DNA of 64,000 nucleotides, taken from NCBI GenBank assembly GCA_963719315.1, contig CAVRBU010000002.1:1664001-1728000 (forward strand), given 5' to 3'. The DNA comes from an uncultured Planctomycetota bacterium. Lineage in GTDB: Bacteria > Planctomycetota > Planctomycetia > Pirellulales > Lacipirellulaceae. Shown here piece after piece: positions 9,209-17,867 of the stretch (positions are counted from its first letter, which is position 1; the number at the start of each line of letters is the position of its first letter). The notes beneath the pieces were generated by a model. The model had not been told where the DNA came from and made no database searches. It worked only from the letters and a program-made list of their open reading frames with translations. The position numbers were made by a program, and so were the translations under genes.

Positions 9209-10987
9209 ATGGCAGATTCGTCTGAAAACGGGGCCCCTGAGAAGCTGAGTGCGGTCGAGATCGCTAAAGCGAACAGCGACTATCTGCGCGGGTCGATTCC
9301 GGAGGAGTTGGTCGACGGCAACGATTTCGTCGGCAAAGACAGCATCCAGTTGCTGAAGAATCACGGCACGTACCAGCAGGACGATCGCGAGCGACGGGCC
9401 GAAGCCCGCGGCGACGGCGCCGCGAAGGGCAAGTTCTACAACTTCATGGTTCGCACCGCGGTTCCCGGTGGGCGGCTCACGAGCGATCAGCTTTTGGCGG
9501 AATTGGATCTGTGCGACGAAGTCGGCAACACGACGCTCCGCATCACCACGCGGCAAGGCCTGCAGCTCCACGGCATACTCAAGTCGAATCTCAAGCACGC
9601 AATTCGCCGCATCAACGAAGTGCAACTCTCGACGCTCGCGGCCTGCGGCGACGTGAAGCGTAACGTGATGTGCACTCCCTGTCCGTACAACGGCGATCCG
9701 GTGCACGAGCAGATGTTCGCGCTTGCCGGAGAATTGGTGAAACAACTCAACCCGCGGACCCGCGCGTACCACCAGATTTGGCTCACCGATGGCGAGACGG
9801 GCGAGAGCGTGGATGTCGGCGCCGTCGGCGCTCCACCCGAATTGCTCTCCGGCCGGCCGATGCCGGGGGACGATCCGGTCGAACCGATCTACGGCAAAAC
9901 TTATTTGCCGCGGAAGTTCAAACTTGCAGTTGGGCTGCCGGGGGATAACAGCGTCGATGTCTACGCGAACGACATCGGCCTGCTGGCGATTACGGAAGAC
10001 TGGAACGTCGTGGGCTACAACGTCCTCGTCGGCGGCAGCTTCGGCGTCACGCCCAGCGCGAAAAAAACGTTTCCCGCCGTGGCGCTGCCGATGTGCTACA
10101 TCGACGCCGCACGGGTTGTCGATCTGTGCATCGCGATCGTGAAGGTACAGCGCGATTTCGGCAACCGGGCCGACCGCAAAGTAGCCCGCATGAAGTATCT
10201 CATTCACGATTGGGGGCTCGATCGTTTTCGCGAGAAGGTCGAGGAATACTTCGGCGATTCGCTCGAGCCGCTGCGACCGATCGGCGTGCACGGCTTCAAC
10301 GACGGCATGGGTTGGCACGAACAAGGCGACGGACTTTGGTTCTACGGGCTCAACGTCGAGAATGGGCGGATCAAAGACACGGAAACGATGCGGCTGAAGA
10401 CTGCGCTTCGCGAAATCTGCACGACGATGCATCTGCCGATTCGGCTGACGCCGCACCAAAGCGTCATCTTCTGCGACATCGCCCCCGCCGATCGCTCGAA
10501 GCTGGAAGAAACTTTGCGGCGCCACGGAGTACCGCTCACCGAGGAATACACAACCATTCGCCGCTGGGCGATGGCCTGCCCCGCCCTGCCCACGTGCGGA
10601 TTGGCGGTGACGGAGAGCGAACGCGTGATGCCGGAGATCGTGGATCAACTGGAAGTCGAAGTGCGGAAGTTGGGTCTTGAGGATGAAGTCTTCACAACCC
10701 GAATGACGGGCTGCCCGAACGGCTGCGCGCGGCCGTACAATTCCGATATCGGTCTGGTGGGCAAAACCAAAGACAAGTACACGATCTTTCTCGGCGGCCG
10801 GGTGCTCGGCGACCGGCTCAATTTCATCTACAAAGACCTGGTGCCAACTGCCGAAGTCGTGCCCACGCTCGCGCCGGTGCTACGGTACTTCAAGGAATCC
10901 CGCGAAACCGGCGAATCGTTCGGCGATTTCTGCCACCGCGTGGGCAAGGAAGAATTACTAGCCCACTGTGCTGAAGTTGCCGTGTGA
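9209..10987 (+). CDS. cysI: Assimilatory sulfite reductase siroheme/4Fe-4S hemoprotein (CysI/Sir type)
   Basis: HGTYQQDDR, RITTRQ, YLPRKFK, CPALPTCGLA, GCPNGC. TTGACA at 9159-9164 upstream. Confidence 0.93.
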   Translation: MADSSENGAPEKLSAVEIAKANSDYLRGSIPEELVDGNDFVGKDSIQLLKNHGTYQQDDRERRAEARGDGAAKGKFYNFMVRTAVPGGRLTSDQLLAELDLCDEVGNTTLRITTRQGLQLHGILKSNLKHAIRRINEVQLSTLAACGDVKRNVMCTPCPYNGDPVHEQMFALAGELVKQLNPRTRAYHQIWLTDGETGESVDVGAVGAPPELLSGRPMPGDDPVEPIYGKTYLPRKFKLAVGLPGDNSVDVYANDIGLLAITEDWNVVGYNVLVGGSFGVTPSAKKTFPAVALPMCYIDAARVVDLCIAIVKVQRDFGNRADRKVARMKYLIHDWGLDRFREKVEEYFGDSLEPLRPIGVHGFNDGMGWHEQGDGLWFYGLNVENGRIKDTETMRLKTALREICTTMHLPIRLTPHQSVIFCDIAPADRSKLEETLRRHGVPLTEEYTTIRRWAMACPALPTCGLAVTESERVMPEIVDQLEVEVRKLGLEDEVFTTRMTGCPNGCARPYNSDIGLVGKTKDKYTIFLGGRVLGDRLNFIYKDLVPTAEVVPTLAPVLRYFKESRETGESFGDFCHRVGKEELLAHCAEVAV

Positions 10988-11784
10988 TCGAAAGGTACCG
11001 CGTTCCACAACTTACAGGGTGCCTGGGGTCGAGCGCAGCGAGCCCCCAGCGCCTGAGTACGCTCCAAACCTAAACTTGACCCACCCATCGCTTAGTTGTT
11101 AGTTCTCATGCGGTTACAATCATGTTTATGCGATCCAGACCTGACCAAATGACAGTGCTTTAATTGTCCCCACGATTCGTTCTGAAGCCGGTAATTTACG
11201 GGGCAGCCGACACGAGCTGCGTCTACTTTATGTCCCTGCGGCCAGGCGGCTGAACCTGGAGTCGGCGCTTCGATCCCGCGGCAGGCCGCAAACAGAAAGC
11301 GGTTCCCCGACACCTTTGTCCCTTCCCGGGAAAAATACAGTTGAGCAAGGCGGATTGATTTAGGCCTTGTGGACGATTTGTCTTTCTCCCGCGGTTAGTT
11401 TTGCGCGAGGGCTTCGCGCAATAGAAATCGCAAGTCGTTGGGAGGCAAGGGAGTACGTTTTGCTCATGCGTGAGAAATTTTTTTCTAGCGTGCAAAAGTC
11501 CTCCTTATTGCGCGGCGCTCAGGCTACCAACCGCTGGAAATCCAGTGGTTTGGGCGTGCGCGAAGCGTGCAATAACAGGCGAGTTTGCTCTCTAAGCAGC
11601 CGTTCTCTGGCAGAATTTAGCGGGTAGCCAGAGCGGTCGAGACTTGAAAGTGTGGCGATTGTCGCGACGTTTTAAGCTGTTCCGGCTCTTCGGCCAACTT
11701 TGGGCAAAAAGGCGCGAGCGCGTCGGGAGACCGCACGCAACCTCTGGCTGATAGCTAACAGCTAGTGGCTAACAGCTTCCTCTA

Positions 11785-13020
11785 GTGGTCTGTCGTTGTT
11801 CAGTAGTTAGGGGATAGCATAACGTCTTCAGGTTTTTCACAGGAGGCGAGAAAATGAACTACAACACGAAGTATGTGGTGCGGTTGACTGGGGAAGAGCG
11901 AGAGGAATTGGCGGCGGTGGTGGGACGAGGCAAGGTGGCGGCGGGCAAGCGTCGCCGAGCCCAGGTGCTGCTCAAGGCGGACGCCGGCGTCACGGGGTCG
12001 GGTCGGACCGACCAGGAGATTTGCGAAGCGTTGGACGTCAGCGTGGGATTGGTGCATGACGTGCGACAGGCGTACGTCGAGCAGGGCCTGAACGTTGCCT
12101 TGGAATGGAAGCCTAAGAGCCGGCATCGCCCTCGAAAGTTGGACGGCCAACAGGAGGCCCGCTTGATCGCCGTGGCCTGCGGACCGGCTCCGGAAGGACG
12201 CGCCCGCTGGACCTTGCGACTGCTGGCCGACAAGTTGGTCGAACTGGAGATCGTCGAGTCGATCAGCAAGGACGCCGTGCGCAGCGCACTGAAAAAAACG
12301 AGCTTAAGCCCTGGTTGAAAGAGCAGTGGGTTCTGCCTAAGCCGCATGACGCGGACTATGTTGCCGCGATGGAAGACGTTCTGGAGGTCTATCAGCGTCC
12401 CTACGACGAGCAACGGCCAGTCGTGTGCGTCGACGAAGCCACCAAGCAATTGGTGGCCGACGTCACGCCGCCGCTGCCGATGGAGCCGGGGCAGCCGGCG
12501 CGACAGGATTACGAATACGAACGGCGGGGAACAGCGAATCTGTTCATGGTCTGCGAACCTTTGGCGGGCCGCCGCCGGGTGAAGGTCACCGAACGTCGCG
12601 CGAAGGCGGATTTCGCCGACCTGCTGCGCAACATCGCCGACGAGCAGTACCCGACGGCGGAGAAGATCGTGCTGGTCATGGACAACCTGAATACGCACAA
12701 GCTGTCCGTGCTGTACGCGATCTTCCCGCCTGACGAGGCGCGACGGTTGTGGGAGCGGTTTGAAGTGCATCACACCCCCAAGCACGCCAGTTGGCTGAAC
12801 ATGGCGGAATGTGAATTGTCCGTGCTGGGAAGGCAGTGCCTGGACCAACGGATCGATTCCCGAGCCCGCCTGGAGAGCGAAGTTCACGCATGGGAACAAC
12901 CCCCCCCGCAACCAACAACCAGTCCGCGTCGACTGGCAATTCACCGCCGCCGATGCCAGGATCAAGATTAAACGACTTTATCCCGTACTAGCACCCGTCA
13001 ACTAAATCGAGACAGACCAC
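11785..13020 (+). mobile_element. IS630-family insertion sequence
   Basis: Terminal inverted repeats GTGGTCTGTC / GACAGACCAC, each flanked by TA (11783-84 and 13021-22), the typical IS630 target duplication. Confidence 0.95.
11854..13005 (+). CDS. IS630 transposase, OrfA (HTH) plus OrfB (DDE) joined by a -1 frameshift
   Basis: A7 at 12292-12298 joins LKK to NELKPWLKEQW. CVDE, VMDNLNTH, WLNMAECE. A further shift in the C-run near 12900 precedes VDWQFTAADARIKIKRLYP. Confidence 0.92.
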
Positions 13021-13023
13021 TAG

Positions 13024-13093
13024 GTTTTCAAGGAGCGAACGCCGTCGCAGTGCGGCGTGATGAGACTATAGCATTTTCGTGGGGCCCTATCCA
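13024..13093 (-). promoter_or_regulatory. Putative extended -10 promoter followed by a hairpin and a boxA-like element
   Basis: Minus strand: TGGATA-17-TATAGT with a TG extension; stem ACGCCG/CGGCGT (13039-13058); GCTCCTTGAAAAC (13036-13024). Confidence 0.5.
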
Positions 13094-13310
13094 CAATTAT
13101 TTTTGGCCGCGCGGAGAAAGCGTGCGGCGGCCGTTGGCGGCGGTTTTTTGACCACAGATAGCGCGGATGGCACGGATAGGATTGCGAGGCTGAATCTTAT
13201 CCGTGCGATCGGTGTAATTCGAGGTTGACCAGGTGCTCGAATCTGACGAACGTTGGCGCGAACGCGGCTGGGCGTAGCCGTCGCAACCACAGCACGCACC
13301 AGAATAAACG

Positions 13311-13350
13311 AACGGGGTCAGGATTTGATTAAATCGTTCTGACCCGTTTT
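13311..13350. repeat. Palindromic site GGGTCAG...CTGACCC (copy 1)
   Basis: Imperfect palindrome sharing AATCGTTCTGACCCGTT with 15598-15614. Confidence 0.8.
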
Positions 13351-13491
13351 CCGTTACGCGATGAACATGCAGCTTTCGAACTGGCATCCGCCACTTCGCT
13401 TGAGTTTTACTTCGGGAGTCGTGAATTGACAGCATCAACGGGAGGCGTAATAGATTAGCGACAACTACGTTCGGGTCACGGGGGAATTCTT

Positions 13492-13842
13492 ATGCGCGAT
13501 GATTGCGACAATCGCTGGTGGTTAAGTGGAGCGAAGGTTGGCTTCGCTATTGTCCTGGCCGCAACCAGCCTCGGATGTGGGAATCGCCAAAAAAAGCAAA
13601 TCCCACCAACAATTGGGAATACAGGTGTGCCTGCCCAAGTCACAGAAGATGAAGCCGTGCGAATTGCGGAAAAACAATATATTTCGGAAAATCGTGCAAC
13701 TCGAGTTAGGTCACATGTCGACAAGAGCGACAAGAATGGGTACACGATTACAGTCGAATCGTTGCCAGCTACTCCCGGAAGGCACGCTACGTTCAACATA
13801 TCGCCGACTGGAAAAGTAACGTCATCTATTCCGGGTGCGTGA
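13492..13842 (+). CDS. Hypothetical lipoprotein-like protein
   Basis: Hydrophobic stretch ending SLGC; AT-richer codons; TTGACA at 13426 upstream. Confidence 0.6.
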   Translation: MRDDCDNRWWLSGAKVGFAIVLAATSLGCGNRQKKQIPPTIGNTGVPAQVTEDEAVRIAEKQYISENRATRVRSHVDKSDKNGYTITVESLPATPGRHATFNISPTGKVTSSIPGA

Positions 13843-13888
13843 GCGTCGGCAAAGAAAAGCACTGTCATGGGGTAATTTGCATTTTGAG

Positions 13889-14348
13889 ATGAGCGCGTAC
13901 TTTCTGCGCTGCTATCGTGGCCTCTCAGCCCACCTGGAAGACCATCCCGCGCTGCGTGACCTGTTGGAGCTGAAGCAAGTCCCCTACTTCACCACGTTCC
14001 AAAAAGCGGCCCGCCGCTTGCTGCTTACGGCGCCCGCTCGCAAACTGCTGGCCTCCACCGTGCGGCTCCACCTGGGTCGCAAGGAACGGGTGAAGCGGGC
14101 GGCCATCGACTCGACCGGCCTCGAATGCACGTGCGCCAGTGGCTACTTCGTCCGTCGCCGAAAACGCGTGGAAAAGCCTTGGAAAACCGTGGTTTATCAC
14201 CACTACGCCAAGCTGGGCGTGGTCAGCGGGATCGACGATCACTTCATCTTCGCGCTCGATGCCGGGCGTGGTCCTCGGCCCGACGTTCGATGAGTTTCGC
14301 CCACTTCTCACCGAGGCCACGCGCGTCGTGCTTCCCGTTCCCCTTTGA
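13889..14348 (+). pseudogene. IS5/IS4-like DDE transposase fragment
   Basis: YRGL..L.DHP.LR..L.L..VP.FTT.QK, AIDSTG, GRGPRPD. Truncated at both ends and frameshifted near 14288. Confidence 0.75.
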
Positions 14349-14461
14349 TTGCCTCCCCCTTGATTGCCCTTACGACGGCGCGACCGAACCCGTCCCCAAC
14401 GAAAAATAAACTGCCATGCGGTTTGCGGAACGGACACGATATTACTTAAGTATGATCCCGG

Positions 14462-15475
14462 CTATTTGATTTCCGACGACACACTATCGCTTTCTTTCAA
14501 TGGCTTTAAGCCGCCCGATTGTTGTATGTAATGCCGCCGTTCGTCACCGACCCTTTCTGACACGCGTGCTCCTATCGGAAATTGGATTGTAAAGCTGTTG
14601 TCATCGATGTCAGTATTTACTTCAAATTTAGTGACTTTCGCATTGCGACTATGTTCAATCTCACCATCTTTTCCGTAGCTCGAATATACCCATTCCTTCA
14701 CCGTAGGCTCTGTTTTTTTACCATCGCCATACTTAATGCTCAGATTCATCGTGAGCTTTCCTTCGAGCCACGTCTGCCATTGAACTGGAATCCAGCCTTT
14801 CTCAGCATCACAATCAATTGCTGACGTCCAATTGGGAGTGCCACGCGGAACGCGTAACCGCCGACATCTAATACCTTCGACGTCAACGGTGTTTTCCTCA
14901 ACGCTCATGGATTTGAACGACCAGCCAACGTCATGCAGCACTACCTGTGGCTGCAACCAGAGATTCACCGCGAGCAATTCGGCGTTTTGGGTAATGTATC
15001 CGTTAGCCACTCCTTTCTTTTCAATAGAACCCGAAACTATTTTCTCTTGTTGAATAAGGGATGCATTTAGGGCTCCATCAAATGTTGCGTGAAAAACCTG
15101 CTGCAAAGTCCTTTCAGGATCGCCCCAGTCAATGACTGGACCGGAGCGTGTCACTGCGGCCTTGCCGTGTTCGTAGGTGTACTCAAGCTTGGTTTTCAAA
15201 ACCCGATCTTCTTTCGGACGCCCGTCGCTAAACGGTCCTTGAGGTTCGAGTGGGACGTTGCCCCGGCCTTTTGTGAACGCCGCGTATTCGGCCTTCAACG
15301 TCAATGACTTGATCGCGTTTGTACGCTGATTCCAGGCCGCTTCGGCTTCGTGTCGTAGAGCCGCAAGTTGATCGGAAGATTGAGTGCCTTGTGCAGAGAC
15401 GTGGGCTATAAAATCAATCACAGCTACGGCACTGAAGAACAACATCGCGACGGGACCAAAAGCAAATGATTTCAT
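14462..15475 (-). CDS. Exported hypothetical protein, possibly LolA-like beta-rich fold
   Basis: Signal-like N-terminus; C-terminal KFEVNTDIDDNSFTIQFPIG; AT-richer than the backbone. Confidence 0.65.
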   Translation of the reverse strand: MKSFAFGPVAMLFFSAVAVIDFIAHVSAQGTQSSDQLAALRHEAEAAWNQRTNAIKSLTLKAEYAAFTKGRGNVPLEPQGPFSDGRPKEDRVLKTKLEYTYEHGKAAVTRSGPVIDWGDPERTLQQVFHATFDGALNASLIQQEKIVSGSIEKKGVANGYITQNAELLAVNLWLQPQVVLHDVGWSFKSMSVEENTVDVEGIRCRRLRVPRGTPNWTSAIDCDAEKGWIPVQWQTWLEGKLTMNLSIKYGDGKKTEPTVKEWVYSSYGKDGEIEHSRNAKVTKFEVNTDIDDNSFTIQFPIGARVSERVGDERRHYIQQSGGLKPLKESDSVSSEIK

Positions 15476-15572
15476 ATTGTTTACTCGTGGACCGCTGTGT
15501 CGCACGGAACAGCAGTGATGGAGAATGCGATTCGGAAAACTCGAAATACCTTGGGGGCGGTTCAAGGACCAG

Positions 15573-15617
15573 AAAAGGGTCAGAACGATTTAGCATGAAT
15601 CGTTCTGACCCGTTATT
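15573..15617. repeat. Palindromic site GGGTCAGAACGATT-N7-AATCGTTCTGACCC (copy 2)
   Basis: Perfect 14-bp arms. Confidence 0.85.
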
Positions 15618-15670
15618 CCTTCTCGGAGTTGCGTCACCGGCTTGGGTTAGTGTAGTCGTTTTGTGATGGC

Positions 15671-16261
15671 TTACGTCGAACAATCGGCCGATTGCCGCGG
15701 ACATCCAGATGCGATCACGAGCTCGGCAACTCGGCGCACGATATCAACGGTCTGCTTGTTTCCAGTGACGTGTCGAGTGACGTACGCGCCTTCCATGATC
15801 AGACACAACTCTCTGGCGAGAGCGCGAGGCTCAGCGGCGCCTGCTTCCACCGCGAGGTCGTAGACCATGTCCTCAACGGCTTGCTTGCTATGCGCGGCCG
15901 CGACGTGAGCGGGTTCGTGCGGAAGCGGGAACTCCATCGCGACATTGACGAAAAAGCAGCCTTTAAAATCGTCCGATTCGACAAAGTGCTCGACGACATC
16001 GAGCAGTGCGCCGAGTTGGCCGATCGGCGTGGGGCCGCCCCGGTCGCGAACCATGCGGCGAAAGGTATCTTGCATCAAGCGGTTGTGGCCTTCCAGGGCC
16101 GCAAGCATCAAGTCTTCTTTGCTCTCGAAATGCTTGTAGAAGGCCGTCTTGCTAATCCCCACGTCGGAGAGAATCTGGTCAATTCCGACGCTGCGAAATC
16201 CGTCTCGGTAAAAACGGCGAACGGCCGCATCGATCAGCCGTTGTCGAGTGGGTGATTTCAT
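15671..16261 (-). CDS. TetR/AcrR family regulator
   Basis: GIDQILSDVGISKTAFYKHFESKEDL HTH; GCFFVN. Confidence 0.93.
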   Translation of the reverse strand: MKSPTRQRLIDAAVRRFYRDGFRSVGIDQILSDVGISKTAFYKHFESKEDLMLAALEGHNRLMQDTFRRMVRDRGGPTPIGQLGALLDVVEHFVESDDFKGCFFVNVAMEFPLPHEPAHVAAAHSKQAVEDMVYDLAVEAGAAEPRALARELCLIMEGAYVTRHVTGNKQTVDIVRRVAELVIASGCPRQSADCST

Positions 16262-16288
16262 CGGTTTCCCGGCTGGGAAAGACAGGTT

Positions 16289-16329
16289 TACCACAAGTCA
16301 ACCGTAAGTGTACCACAAGTCAACTTGTG
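16289..16329. promoter_or_regulatory. Candidate operator between tetR and the mddA-like gene
   Basis: TACCACAAGTCAAC twice with 22-bp period (16289, 16311), plus palindrome CACAAGT-CA-ACTTGTG. Confidence 0.55.
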
Positions 16330-16439
16330 ATCCCACCGCGCTACTCGATACTTCAACCAAATGAACTTCGCACGGGTCGGCGACCGGCCCGTTGCGACTT
16401 GCTAAACCAAGGCGCCAACGAGAAAGCGAGGGTGTGATT

Positions 16440-17243
16440 ATGAAACGCTGGTTGTTTTTAGCCTATGGGATCGCCGGCTACGCGACTTTTCTGGCAACGT
16501 ACGCGTATATGGCGGGTTTCGTAGGGAACTTGTTTGTGCCCAAGAGCATCGACGCTCCCGCCGGCGGTTATACAGCCGAAGCCGTGGTGATCAACTTGCT
16601 GCTCGTAGTAATTTTTGCCGTGCAACACTCGGTGATGGCTCGGCCCGCGTTCAAACGTCTTTGGACGAGGTTGGTCCCGCAACCGATTGAGCGCGCTACT
16701 TATGTTTGGTTTGCAAACGCCGCCACAATTCTCCTGATGTGGCAGTGGCAGCCGATCGACGCCGTTGTCTGGGACGCCGAACAGCCGGTTGTTCGCGGAA
16801 TGTTATGGTCCTTGTTCGCCGCTGGCTGGCTGGCTGTGCCGTTAGTTAGCCTGATGATCAATCATTTCGATTTATTTGGCACGCGACAGGTCTGGCTGTT
16901 CTGGCAGAACAAACAGTATACGTACCTGCCGTTTCGCACTCCAGCGGCCTATGCTCACGTGCGCCATCCGCTCTACCTTGGATGGGCCTTGTTTTTCTGG
17001 GCGACACCGACAATGACGGTGGGCCATCTGCTGTTCGCTGGTTCGCTTACCGCGTACATGATGTTGGCGGCAATCGTGGAGGAGCGCGATTTGGTGACTC
17101 ACTTCGGACAGACGTACCAGGACTACAGACGTTGGGTCCCGATTTTTGTGCCGAGGTTGACGGTCGCCGCGACAGCCTCGCAAGCCTTGCGTGAATCTGA
17201 ACCAATCGCCCAACCAATTGAAGCGGAGGCATGTGATGTCTAG
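16440..17243 (+). CDS. mddA: Methanethiol S-methyltransferase MddA-like (ICMT-family membrane methyltransferase)
   Basis: GFVGNLFVPKSID, FAVQHSVMARPAFK, IERATYV, INHFDLFG.RQ, VRHPLYLG, FWATPTMT.GHLLFA, EERDL. Confidence 0.8.
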   Translation: MKRWLFLAYGIAGYATFLATYAYMAGFVGNLFVPKSIDAPAGGYTAEAVVINLLLVVIFAVQHSVMARPAFKRLWTRLVPQPIERATYVWFANAATILLMWQWQPIDAVVWDAEQPVVRGMLWSLFAAGWLAVPLVSLMINHFDLFGTRQVWLFWQNKQYTYLPFRTPAAYAHVRHPLYLGWALFFWATPTMTVGHLLFAGSLTAYMMLAAIVEERDLVTHFGQTYQDYRRWVPIFVPRLTVAATASQALRESEPIAQPIEAEACDV

Positions 17244-17513
17244 ACCGATCCTGGACCGACAAGTCGTCATTGACATGGGCCGGTGGCACTAGACGCTCAC
17301 CAAACCGCTGCTGACTGCTCACCCGGCAGCGTACACGTGGGCCATTGCCGCTGCTGTGGGGCTTCGTGCCGCAGCGGGCGGCAATACCAGGAGTATATTC
17401 GCTTCGTTTTTATATGTGTTCCGCGGTACGGCGTGCCCGCCGCATCCGCTTTCCAGCCGACGTGCGAGTCCGATCGATTCGCGCAGGCAGTAGACTCGGA
17501 AAGGAGAGTTCAG

Positions 17514-17732
17514 ATGCCACTTGCCAACATTAAACTGATCGAAGGGGTTTTCACCGACTCCGAGAAGCAACGGATGATCGAGAAGGTCACCGACGCGCTC
17601 GTCAGCATTGAGGGCGAACGTCTTCGAGAAAAGACCGTGGTAATCATTGAAGAAGCGAGAAGCGGTAATTGGGGAGTCGGGGGAAAGTCACTGACGACGG
17701 AGTACGTCAAACGTGTTCGAGCAGAAGGCTAA
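17514..17732 (+). CDS. 4-oxalocrotonate tautomerase family protein
   Basis: Met-Pro start (catalytic Pro1), VIIEE...NWGVGG, RBS AAGGAG. Confidence 0.9.
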   Translation: MPLANIKLIEGVFTDSEKQRMIEKVTDALVSIEGERLREKTVVIIEEARSGNWGVGGKSLTTEYVKRVRAEG

Positions 17733-17867
17733 CCTCGATTGGCCAAGTGGGCGGGCGTTGAGCGTGCTCCCTGGTCTGCCCATCAGGCCACCCAGCGCTC
17801 GCCCGCTAACAATTGAATCGGAATGGCTTCAACGAAGAAGGCATGGGCGAGACGATGTTGCGATCCG

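Noticed and set aside
11225..11330. 6S RNA or riboswitch downstream of the sulfite reductase
   Set aside because: Stems are present, but I could not match the conserved cores of 6S, SAM, cobalamin or c-di-GMP motifs.
11000..13100. Replication origin
   Set aside because: Only one near-consensus DnaA box; no box cluster, clear unwinding element or dnaA/dnaN.
13311..15617. Integron cassette array
   Set aside because: No intI, no RYYYAAC/GTTRRRY attC ends, and the genes are convergent.
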